DNA of 64,000 nt from a virus, in the IMG/VR virus record IMGVR_UViG_3300037247_001890, positions 1 to 64,000 of that record; one strand, given 5' to 3'. Shown here piece after piece: positions 45,073 through 54,728 of this stretch. The translations under genes were made by a program, and so were the position numbers. How positions within the stretch are numbered: the first letter of the stretch is position 1; every line of letters begins with the position of its first letter. The notes beneath the pieces were generated by a model. That model saw only the letters and a program-made list of their open reading frames with translations. It made no database searches and was not told the origin of the DNA.

Positions 45073-45418
45073 ATCTTCGATTCGTGGCTCATAGTTTCTG
45101 TGGTAGTAATTAGATACGATCCATAAATTAACTACACTCGGGAGCGTCCAGTTCTATGGTGAAAACCCCATAACCAATGAATAGCTGTGGGTCATTGAAA
45201 CGAGAATGCGGGTGGAGAATCGGGAGTCCCGCCAGAACATGAGAGGAAACTCAGGACATCACTGCTAACGGTGGGAGAATTAAGTGTTGCAGCACTTAAA
45301 TCCAATACCACTTAGGATGCGACTCAAAATAGCTTAGAGGGAAAGCAGCTCTATAATAGCAAGGTAGAGGCCAATAGACAGATCACGAAATAATACAGAA
45401 TCCTGGTTATAAGAAGAT
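45073..45418 (+). ncRNA. rnpB: RNase P RNA with reduced specificity domain
   Basis: P1 atcttc/gaagat, P2 ttcgtgg/tcacgaa, P3 ctcat/atgag; GAGGAAACTCAGGAC and ACAGAATCCTGGTTAT match the P4 signatures. Confidence 0.8.
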
Positions 45419-45542
45419 AAACGCGCGACACGTCGTTCAGGGGACTAGGCATGTGTTGTTGGGCAGGCCATATGTTTGAATTTTCCGGATAGACCAACAG
45501 CCGGAAAAAGAGAGACTGTCCCCCGACGTGTACTTAAAAATA

Positions 45543-45571
45543 TTGACAAACAGCAGTAGATGTTGTAAATT
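45543..45571 (+). promoter_or_regulatory. sigma70 promoter
   Basis: TTGACA-17-TAAATT; SD AGGAGG before the ATG at 45597. Confidence 0.7.
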
Positions 45572-45596
45572 ACATAATATTTTAGGAGGTATTGAA

Positions 45597-46214
45597 ATGA
45601 AGAACGTAATTATATATTGTTTAGTAATGGCATGGCTTATTACCGCTGGTTGGTACACGGGGTATGTGATAAAAATAGAAGGCCAGTTGAAGTTTGCCGA
45701 ACGAAAATCCTTGTACCATGAAAAAATGCATGAAACCTATGAAAATGAATCAAAGGAACTTTATACTAAAGTAACCAAAATCAAATCATACATTGATGAT
45801 CTTTACCATGGGCAATCGTATTTGGTGACTTTGACAGGATATCATCCGGTAGTGGAACAATGTGACAGTACTCCCGACATTACAGCAGATGGGACTAAAA
45901 TTATCGTTGATCGAGCACGTAATTATCGTATAGCAGCATTAAGCAGAGATATGCTAAAACGATGGGGAGGCCCATTTAAATATGGGGATCTGATCCTAGT
46001 AAAAGGCACAAGAGACGGAGTGTACGATGGCATTTATCAAATTAGAGATACAATGCATCAAAGACATGAAAATTGGATAGATGTATTACTAACGCCTGGA
46101 GACAAGTCAACAAAACAGGATAACATTTTAATCTACAAACTCGAAGATGATTATCAGGGTATTTTCACCTTTTATAAAAATTATTCGGATGAATTTTATA
46201 GTTTATTAAATTAA
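45597..46214 (+). CDS. membrane-anchored 3D-domain (lytic transglycosylase-like) protein
   Basis: N-terminal TM helix; TGY...ITADG...AALSRD...RDTM...IDV. Confidence 0.75.
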   Translation: MKNVIIYCLVMAWLITAGWYTGYVIKIEGQLKFAERKSLYHEKMHETYENESKELYTKVTKIKSYIDDLYHGQSYLVTLTGYHPVVEQCDSTPDITADGTKIIVDRARNYRIAALSRDMLKRWGGPFKYGDLILVKGTRDGVYDGIYQIRDTMHQRHENWIDVLLTPGDKSTKQDNILIYKLEDDYQGIFTFYKNYSDEFYSLLN

Positions 46215-46222
46215 ACTCATAA

Positions 46223-46295
46223 CGCGGGGTGGTAGCAGTGGTAGCTCGCCTGGCTCATAACCAGGAGGTCGCCGGTTCAAATCCGGCCCCCGCTA
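46223..46295 (+). tRNA. tRNA-fMet-like (CAT)
   Basis: CGCGGGG start with 1:72 mismatch; cctgg-ctCATaa-ccagg. Confidence 0.85.
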
Positions 46296-46304
46296 CAATT
46301 ATAT

Positions 46305-46376
46305 CGCGCGGTAGGGCAGTGGTAGCCCGGGAGACTCATAACCTCCAGGTCGCCGGTTCAAATCCGGCCCGCGCTA
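46305..46376 (+). tRNA. second tRNA-fMet-like (CAT)
   Basis: CGCGCGG start with 1:72 mismatch; ctCATaa loop. Confidence 0.8.
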
Positions 46377-46702
46377 CTACATAGAAAGGAGGAGACAGGA
46401 CGCCTAGCGACCTGTGTAGTGCACCTCTTCCTTTCTTAGATTTCACATTTCACATTTAACCAATAAAAAATTATGGGCTTTGCAACATGTGAATACACTG
46501 GAGACACCGCTACAAGTGGATCCGTAAGAATTCATATTCCAGAAACAATTAATGCAACTACAGAGTCAGACGATAGTACATGGCTTAAACCAAAAGGGGT
46601 ATTCGAAAGGGTCTGTAAAAAATGCGGATCACCTTTTGATTCACTAAAAAGAAAAGCACAGGTATGTCTAGAGTGCAAACAAGAGAAAAAGCAAGTAGCA
46701 AC

Positions 46703-46775
46703 GGGTCGGTAGTGTTAGTGGTAGCACGCGAGATTGTGGCTCTCGTAGGGCGGGATTCGAATTCCTCACGACCCT
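46703..46775 (+). tRNA. tRNA-His(GTG)
   Basis: cgaga-ttGTGgc-tctcg. Confidence 0.8.
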
Positions 46776-47026
46776 CAACGGAGGTTTAAGAGATGAAGAT
46801 CCATATTTCAAAAGGCACCGGCATTAATAGATTAAGTAGAAGAATTAAACTAAAACCGGATACAAAAGAAGTGATCAGAGGACAATTAAGAGAAAATAAG
46901 ATCTTAAGAATGGATATTCAAGAAAATGGTAAATATGCTGCCGATGCTAATGACTTCTACGCAGATGTATTTTTTATATTTAATTTTCCACAAAGAAAAA
47001 TTCATAAAGCGTTAAAAGATTTTATA

Positions 47027-47101
47027 GGTCCCTTCGTCTAGCTTGGTTAGGACCCCGGCCCTTCAAGCCGATAACGGTGGGTTCGAATCCCCCAGGGATC
47101 A
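47027..47101 (+). tRNA. tRNA-Glu(TTC)
   Basis: cggc-ccTTCaa-gccg. Confidence 0.85.
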
Positions 47102-47651
47102 CTATGAAAACACGTATAGTAAACAAGAATGCTTTAAGAGAAGAAGGCGATGATCACGCCTGGACAGATGATCATCCTATAGTCATAGGAAAAATAGGAA
47201 CGGGCGCTTATTTTCCAATTACTTCTGGATCAGCTTTTATTACGCTTGAAGTATATTTATTCTATAAGGATTTTAAAAATGCAAGCTAATATTTTTCCAG
47301 GCTCAATAATATCAACAACAATAATGTGGGTGAGTATTACTCAAGCTGAAACAAGATTTTGGCCAGAGCACAGAAAACGCATAGGAGATATTATAGTAAC
47401 ATTTTCTAAGGATCATGCCACGACTACTTATAATGCAGAGGTAATAATAACAGATGAAACATGTGAATATTATTCGGGCAGCCAGATTAGTCCTTAAAGG
47501 CGGCCTTGATGTAACGCCAGAAGAAGAATTATATGGCATAATGATAGGCAAAGGGCTATACTATGAAGAAACTTTTGATGAAGATGGTATAGGCCATGCC
47601 TGGACAGATGACATCTACTTAGTTGATGATGAATATGAACCAGACTTTAAC

Positions 47652-47723
47652 GCGCCCATAGCCAAGTGGTAAGGCACTGGCCTCCAAAACCAGCATTCCA
47701 AAGTTCGAATCTTTGTGGGCGTG
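47652..47723 (+). tRNA. tRNA-Trp(CCA)
   Basis: ctgg-c-ctCCAaa-a-ccag; G73. Confidence 0.85.
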
Positions 47724-48019
47724 CAAAAAGGAGAGGATATTATGAAAGTCAAGTTTAGAGATAACCACTTAATATTCAGAACCTCAGTAGAAAAATTGAT
47801 ATACATCATCATGTCAGTAGCAACAAGAGATGGCGATGAGGAAGAAGCCATAGAAATACTACAAACTATGGGATGGACCGGCGAAGAACTTACAAGATTT
47901 GATAATGAATGGGCTGAATATTCGGAAAATTTAGAAATAGAAATAGGAAATGAGGCTGAATTATATAAAGAAGTAAAAAAGCGTATAAATCTTGAACAAT
48001 ATTGGTGTATGAAATAAAA

Positions 48020-48093
48020 GCCCCGGTAGCTCAACTGGATAGAGCAACGCCCTTCTAAGGCGTAGGTTTGGGATTCAAATTCCTGGCGGGGTA
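48020..48093 (+). tRNA. tRNA-Arg(TCT)
   Basis: acgcc-ctTCTaa-ggcgt. Confidence 0.9.
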
Positions 48094-48571
48094 CTAGAAA
48101 GGAGAAAAAAAATGGAAGACGAATATTTATCAATAGAACAATGTGAGCATAATAGTTTATATAAAATAGATGGCCGCAATTTTTCCCTTGGGGTATACAA
48201 TAAAAGAGAACAAGGTTTTGTAGGAATTCGCTTAAAATTCACAACGGAATTTCTTGATCTTGAGTATCATTGGGATACAGGACCTCCTAATGGAACAGTG
48301 AAACCTATTGAACTTCTTGAAAAATGTCCTATGGATGCGAACGATGAGAGCAAGGAATTATTTAAGTGGTTAAAAGAAAGACGCGAATATTATTTATGAA
48401 AGTTAAAATCGTAACAGGCACAAAAATAGACGAGATCAAACATGAGATTGGCGCAATCAAAAGGATGGATCAAGAAGGAATTATTTGGACACCCGCAGCA
48501 AGGATTCTGAGAAATTGGAAGCTTGCACAAGATATAAAATTCTCTTACTATAGGATATCAAAATGGAACAA

Positions 48572-48645
48572 GCCCCGTTAGCTCAGTGGATTAGAGCATC
48601 ACGCTACGGACGTGAGGGTCAAAGGTTCAAATCCTTTACGGGGTT
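48572..48645 (+). tRNA. tRNA-Arg(ACG)
   Basis: tcacg-ctACGga-cgtga. Confidence 0.9.
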
Positions 48646-49133
48646 CTATAAAAAATAGATAGAAGAAATTATGAAAAAATTAACATACATATTGGCATTC
48701 TTTATTACAAGTTGTATTTTTTGGCCGCCACCAACACAAAAATATTACACTAAAGATGTATGGAAATTTTTTAAGGATGATGCTGTAAATAATGTTGTTG
48801 TACATAAGATGCTCAAATATGATGAGGAAAAAGATGTATCTACTATTAAGTTAAAGTTTATAAACAACAATGATTCATTATATGTATTTATAAAATATCG
48901 ATTGTATATTATTTTTTATGAAGATAAGGAAAGTGAGTTTTATCGTAGAAAAAAAGGGGCTGTCTTGGGAAGTACGGAGAGAGAAGACAAAAATTTTCAC
49001 ATTAAACTTCGGCCTTACGGTTTTGCTATATCAACTGCTACTATGGATAGTATGCGAATAAGAAAAATATCTTTTTATTCGTATGAAGCAAAAAAATGGT
49101 TCAACACATTGCTTATTGAGTGAAATCATTAAA

Positions 49134-49205
49134 ACCCCTATAGTCTAGCGATAAGGCGTCCGGCTTACATCCGGAAGATCGGTGGTTCGAATCCATCTGG
49201 GGGTA
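49134..49205 (+). tRNA. tRNA-Val(TAC)
   Basis: tccgg-ctTACat-ccgga. Confidence 0.85.
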
Positions 49206-49392
49206 CTATGAAGACAAAGATAGTAGAAGCAGAAACTGTAGTTGTAGTAGAGTATCCATATGGTTTAAGAGAAAGAATCGCTATAGAAGATGTTATTTAC
49301 AAAAGATATTTTCAGGATTTTAGAAATAATCAAGAAATGACGCTGCTATATAAATTAGTAGGTTTTGAACAAAGAGAAGATTGGTAATAAAT

Positions 49393-49464
49393 GCCCCCTT
49401 GGTCTAGCGACATGGCGCCCGGGTTACATCCGGGAGAGCGGTGGTTTGAATCCATCAGGGGGCA
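49393..49464 (+). tRNA. second tRNA-Val(TAC), divergent
   Basis: cccgg-gtTACat-ccggg; T loop TTTGAAT instead of TTCGAAT. Confidence 0.7.
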
Positions 49465-49469
49465 CACAT

Positions 49470-49549
49470 GGGCTGTGGGACTGCTTTGGGGTGGTCACCT
49501 CGCTTGCACCGAGGACATCAGCAGGGTTCGAATCCCTGACGGTCCACCA
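49470..49549 (+). tRNA. tRNA-Ala(TGC) with encoded CCA
   Basis: cctcg-ctTGCac-cgagg; G3-U70. Confidence 0.9.
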
Positions 49550-49644
49550 CACGTGGTAGATTAACGAGAACTGGATGATGCCAGTAATGAGATCGCTGTA
49601 ACCTTCAGGGGTGCAGAAATGAGGTTCGAGTCCTCTCCGCGTGG
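49550..49644 (+). ncRNA. aberrant tRNA-like RNA (expanded D and anticodon loops)
   Basis: Acceptor cacgtgg/ccgcgtg; T arm gagg-ttcgagt-cctc; 11-nt anticodon-position loop accttcagggg. Confidence 0.5.
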
Positions 49645-50067
49645 CCTTATAAAACAAAATATGGACTCTTGTGATCAGTGTTGGTTCGACCCCAACCTCT
49701 CGGCTTATAAACCAGTGTAAAAGGATGGCATGAAGCGTAAGAGTGATCTTATAGTGACGGATGTTCTGTAACAAGAGTCCACTTTTCATAGAAAAAGGAA
49801 AATTTATGCTAGATGGTAATTATTATTTTGAATGTATTTGTGGCTGTGATGAGCACACTATAAGATTTACACTAGATAAAGAAGAAAAAGAAATTTACAC
49901 TTCGATATTCTTGGCTAGCCATCGGAACTTTTTCATACGAATTTGGCTGGGAATCAAGTATATTTTCGGTGGAAAAAGTCGGTATGGGCAATTTGGTAAT
50001 TGGTCATTAAATGTGCATGATGCCAATAGATTGGAAGACATGTTAAATATGCTAAAGGAGTTTAAAG

Positions 50068-51174
50068 ATGGGACCTCATAAAATATATGCAGAATATGCA
50101 GAAGGCGCTGCTTTAGATCAATTTTATGAAGCAATGAAACATGATACCGTTGTGCAAGGTGCTTTAATGCCTGACGCGCACAAAGGTTATTCATTGCCAA
50201 TAGGGGCTGTGATAGCAATGAAGGATGTTATATGGCCTGCCGCAGTAGGATACGATATTGGATGCGGTATGTGTGCTATGCCTACTTCATTTGAGAAAGC
50301 CCATGTGGAAGCACAAAAAGATCTTATTTTTGATAGGATATATGAACAAATTCCTGTTGGATTTAACTGGAACAAAAAGCGTGTTAATTTTCATGTGACA
50401 GGTGAACTAGAAAAAGAACCAATTACTCCCCATTTTAAAAAAATCTATAATGAAAGAGGAGTATTACAAATCGGTTCTCTTGGTGGAGGTAATCACTTCA
50501 TCGAAATAGGTTATGATGAAACAGATAAGGTCTGGATTATAATTCATTCCGGATCCAGAAATCTTGGACATAATATTGCCACTTATTACATGAAACTTGC
50601 ATCTGGTGATGGCAAAGCACGAGAAGGTTATTATGTATTGGATTTTCAAGGTATAGATGGCGCGAATTATGTGACAGATCTTAATTTTGCATTAGAATTT
50701 GCCTTGTTAAATCGTGGTGAAATAATAAAAAGAGTAGAAAAAATATTAAGTAAAGTTGCTAAAGGCCATGGTAACTGGGATGGGTTAATCAATCGCAATC
50801 ATAATCATGCTGAATTGAAAGATGGGCTATGGATACATCGCAAAGGTGCAACACATGCCGAAAAAGGTATGGAGGGAGTTATTCCTGGAAATATGCGTGA
50901 TGGTTCTTTTATTGTGAAAGGTAAAGGAGATCCTGAATCATTAAATTCCTCGGCACATGGTGCTGGTCGAGTATTAGGACGTCGTGCCGCTAAAGAAACC
51001 TTAAAGATGGAAGATTTTAAAAAATCCATGAAGGGAATTAAGGCAAAAGTAGGCACAGATACTATAGATGAATCTCCAGGTGCATATAAAAATATTTTTG
51101 ATGTGATGGAACAACAGAAAGATTTAGTCGAAGTCATGCATCATGTTAAACCTATTATTAATATAAAAGGATAA
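50068..51174 (+). CDS. rtcB: RtcB RNA ligase
   Basis: MPDAH.GY.LPIG, VGYDIGCGM, GSLGGGNHFIE, IHSGSR, HNHA, HRKGAT, SAHGAGR, DESP.AYK. Confidence 0.97.
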   Translation: MGPHKIYAEYAEGAALDQFYEAMKHDTVVQGALMPDAHKGYSLPIGAVIAMKDVIWPAAVGYDIGCGMCAMPTSFEKAHVEAQKDLIFDRIYEQIPVGFNWNKKRVNFHVTGELEKEPITPHFKKIYNERGVLQIGSLGGGNHFIEIGYDETDKVWIIIHSGSRNLGHNIATYYMKLASGDGKAREGYYVLDFQGIDGANYVTDLNFALEFALLNRGEIIKRVEKILSKVAKGHGNWDGLINRNHNHAELKDGLWIHRKGATHAEKGMEGVIPGNMRDGSFIVKGKGDPESLNSSAHGAGRVLGRRAAKETLKMEDFKKSMKGIKAKVGTDTIDESPGAYKNIFDVMEQQKDLVEVMHHVKPIINIKG

Positions 51175-51475
51175 TAATGAGTAACTTTAAAAAACCGGAT
51201 TTTGATCCATTCGGTAAAAAGAAAGAAGACTATATTCGTGATTATGGTCGTTTTTCAATAGCAAAAATCCATAGCGTTCATGAAGATTTAGGTTTAGTTA
51301 TTGGTGAATTAGATGAAAATGTTATGGGTGCCATTCCCATTAATTGGTTTACGAAAGTTAAAAAAAATACTTGGAGACCAAACGGACTAGCATGTCCTTA
51401 TATCTATATGGATGATTTTCGTCAGCTAGCAATTGATACGTATAATACAATTAAAGATCAAATAAAGGATCGCGT

Positions 51476-52390
51476 ATGATAGACAAAGAATTTAAAGTCT
51501 TAGACAAAGGATTTATACGTCTTGTGGACTATATGGGTTCTGACCAGGCTATAGTTCAAGCGGCCCGTGTTTCATATGGCAAGGGTACAAAAACGAAACG
51601 TGAAGACGAAGGACTTATTCGGTATCTCATGAGACATAGACACACGACACCCTTTGAGCAATGTGAACTAAAATTCCATGTTAAAGTACCCATGGATTGC
51701 TGGCGACAATGGATACGGCATCGCACAGCCAGTGTAAATGAATATTCTACTAGGTATTCAGAAGCTATTGACGACAAACAAGAAACCAGTGAATTTGACT
51801 GGCGCAAACAAGATACAACAAAAAATACACAGGGCAGTAGTGGCCTTTATCTTCCTGCTGAAGAAATAGGCGATGATGGACATCCCAGTGCAATTGGTAA
51901 GTGGCACACTATTCAGGAAAGAGCATTGCATAAAACAGCAGAAACAGTCTATAAAAATAGATTAAAAGCTGGTATCGCTCGCGAACAAGCACGTAAAGAT
52001 TTACCTTTGTCGACGTATACTATGGCCTACTGGAAAATTGATTTGCACAATCTGTTTCATTTCTTAGGATTGAGAATGGACAGTCATGCTCAATTAGAAA
52101 TTAGAAAATACGCCAATATCATTGGTTACGAGATTGTGGCAAAGATATTTCCTTTGGCATGGGGCGCATTTCTAGATTATCGATTGAATGCGATGACGTT
52201 GTCAGCAAGAGATATCCATATTATACAGCAAAAAATTATATATGGAGATAAATATCTAGAAAATTCAGATGATTATAATCCTTTTAATTGGTTGGAAAAG
52301 CGTGACGACGGAACATTAAAAGACAATCTCGAGCGGAAGGAATTCGAAGAAAAAGCAAAAGTGTTAGGAATAAAAGTTCCTTGGATATAA
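51476..52390 (+). CDS. thyX: FAD-dependent thymidylate synthase
   Basis: AARVSY, HTTPFE, RQWIRHRTASVNEYSTRYS, AREQAR, LR.DSHAQ.EIR. Confidence 0.97.
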   Translation: MIDKEFKVLDKGFIRLVDYMGSDQAIVQAARVSYGKGTKTKREDEGLIRYLMRHRHTTPFEQCELKFHVKVPMDCWRQWIRHRTASVNEYSTRYSEAIDDKQETSEFDWRKQDTTKNTQGSSGLYLPAEEIGDDGHPSAIGKWHTIQERALHKTAETVYKNRLKAGIAREQARKDLPLSTYTMAYWKIDLHNLFHFLGLRMDSHAQLEIRKYANIIGYEIVAKIFPLAWGAFLDYRLNAMTLSARDIHIIQQKIIYGDKYLENSDDYNPFNWLEKRDDGTLKDNLERKEFEEKAKVLGIKVPWI

Positions 52391-52394
52391 CTTC

Positions 52395-52468
52395 GGGTCC
52401 GTAGCTTAGCTGGTGAAGCATCCGCCTTTTAAGCGGAAGAGTGGCAGGTTCAAGTCCTCCCGGGCCTA
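52395..52468 (+). tRNA. tRNA-Lys(TTT)
   Basis: tccgc-ctTTTaa-gcgga. Confidence 0.9.
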
Positions 52469-53147
52469 CAAACAATAGTGTGGTTGGTTGAGCATAAAAC
52501 TTGAGCCTGTAATCCCGAACGAAAATAGACGAGAATGATCAATCTAAAAGATGACATGCCTCTATTTTTGGCCACACTATAAATAATTAAATACAGGAGG
52601 TTTATAATGGCAGCAGCAAAGAAATGCATTATAACTGGCAGAAACCGACTTACCGGTATTTTTTATATGTTGAATAAAAATACCAACACCATGAAAACAA
52701 TTTGGTGGACTTCTGGCAAGGAACCAAAAGTACGCAAAGAAACTGAACGTAAGATCTTTGGGTCTGGTTCGGAAGCAAAAACATTCCTAAGGTATTTAAG
52801 ACGCGAGCCAAGTGTTTTTGATATCAGATGGTTTTTGGAATACATTTAATAACCAATAGAAATAAATGGCAGATAAACAAAAGATCTTTGACGATGTCAA
52901 AGAAGAAAGAAAATATCAAGACAAAAAATGGGGATTAGAATTCGACAAGAATAATACAGCGAATGATTGGTCCTCATATATCATGACATATTTGGCAAAT
53001 GCTATAGCAATGCCAACTGGTTCTGACGAATACAGGCGATTGATGATCAAAGTAGCAGCCTTATCGTTTGCAGCAATAGAACTGCATGATGATAAATTAA
53101 TGCCAAACCGACATTACGAATAAAAAAAGGGACAGCGATGTCCCTAA

Positions 53148-53235
53148 GCTGGGTTCGCATAGTGGCCGATTGCACGGGGTTTGTAACCCTGAGAGTAGCA
53201 ATACTCCGCGTGAGTTCGAATCTCACACCCCAGCT
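53148..53235 (+). tRNA. tRNA-Thr(TGT) with a long variable arm
   Basis: cgggg-ttTGTaa-ccctg; G1-C72/C2-G71; gagt-agcaat-actc arm. Confidence 0.7.
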
Positions 53236-53527
53236 CTATGAATATAAAAACAATAATAGGAAAGAAAGTTGTAGCAATAAAAGGTTACAACTCGAGATGG
53301 AACGATAAGAGAGTAAAGCACCATAATACAGAACCAGAATATATATTATTTGATGATGGAAAAACTTTTATAGAATTGGAAGAACAAGATCACTATTCAT
53401 ATCATGATTGTAGTCTTACCGCCAGAGAAATATTAATCCAAAAAGACAAAGACAAATGGGATTCTATAATGACGAGCAAAATGTATAGTGATGCAACACA
53501 TAATTTATCAATGTACTAAGGTAAAAA

Positions 53528-54229
53528 ATGTTTAATAAATATGAAAAAACATATAGAATACAGACTCCTAATTTGAAAATATCCGGAAAGATGAACATGT
53601 CTAAAAAAGATGTTCAACGGTTATTGACAGGGAAAGTTACTATTGAAGAAAAGATTGACGGAGCTAATGTAGCTATTATAGGCATGGCATCAAACGTATC
53701 TTATTTTCGTCCGCCACGGCCATTTAGATTACAAAAGCGTGGATCATTGATTGATTTTTCTGAACATGAACAATATAATCGATTTAAGGCATGGTCAATG
53801 AAACAATGGAATAATTTGTCTAAGATAGAATACGGAATTTATGTATATGGTGAATTTATGTGGGCTACCCATCATATCTTTTATGATAATTTAACTGATT
53901 GGTTTGTATGTTTTGATATATGGGATGGTCGGAAATTTTACGACAGGCGAGAAAAAGAAAAATATTGTAATGATTTAAACTTCCAAATAATTCCATTGGT
54001 ATATGAAGGTTATATTGACGATATTATACACTTAGAAAGTTTTGTGCATGGCAAATCAGAATATAGTACAGATCATGATCGGGAAGGTATTGTAGTAAAA
54101 AATTACAGAAAACAAATGCGAGGAAAAATAGTAGTACCAGAATTTGTTAAAGAATTAAATGAAGATGGCACTCATTGGATGACTCGCTGGGATCCACGAA
54201 AAGTAAATAAATTAAAAAAGGAAATCTGA
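53528..54229 (+). CDS. ATP-dependent RNA ligase (Rnl2-like nucleotidyltransferase)
   Basis: EEKIDGAN (motif I), YGEF, FDI, EGIVVK. Confidence 0.85.
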   Translation: MFNKYEKTYRIQTPNLKISGKMNMSKKDVQRLLTGKVTIEEKIDGANVAIIGMASNVSYFRPPRPFRLQKRGSLIDFSEHEQYNRFKAWSMKQWNNLSKIEYGIYVYGEFMWATHHIFYDNLTDWFVCFDIWDGRKFYDRREKEKYCNDLNFQIIPLVYEGYIDDIIHLESFVHGKSEYSTDHDREGIVVKNYRKQMRGKIVVPEFVKELNEDGTHWMTRWDPRKVNKLKKEI

Positions 54230-54568
54230 TGGTACAACAAAAGGTCTATCGGAATATAAAAATGAGAGAAAAAAATTTCTTTATTAAAGCATTGGATTGC
54301 CTATTTTATTCTTGGGGAGGAGACACTCCTTCAGAGGTATTTTGGGGATGCAATGATTTACTTGAGTGGTTCGAACAGGAATATAAAGTCAAATTAAATA
54401 TAAGATTTGATGAAGGAAATCCTAATAGTAATTATGATGATGTTATAAAAGCAATAAGGAATGCCTAATTATGAGAATGCTGTGGGTATGGATAAAAGTA
54501 TATTGTATACTTTTAATATTATTTCCCTATTTTTGGTTTAGAGGAATGATAGAAGTAAGGAAAAAGAA

Positions 54569-54642
54569 GCATCATTAGCTCATCGTGGTAGAGCGTCAGA
54601 CTTCCAATCTGAAGGTGGTCAGTTCAAGCCTGACATGGTGCT
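54569..54642 (+). tRNA. tRNA-Gly(TCC)
   Basis: tcaga-ctTCCaa-tctga; U73. Confidence 0.9.
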
Positions 54643-54656
54643 CATGAAAACATAAA

Positions 54657-54728
54657 GCGGGCATAATTCAGTGGTAGAATTTTTCGTTGCCAACGAAATC
54701 GCCGTGAGTTCGAATCTCACTGTCCGCT
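54657..54728 (+). tRNA. tRNA-Gly(GCC)
   Basis: tttcg-ttGCCaa-cgaaa; U73. Confidence 0.9.

Noticed and set aside
45428-45531. SRP (4.5S) RNA
   Set aside because: The conserved helix-8 GNRA loop with CAGG/AGCA symmetric loop is not identifiable
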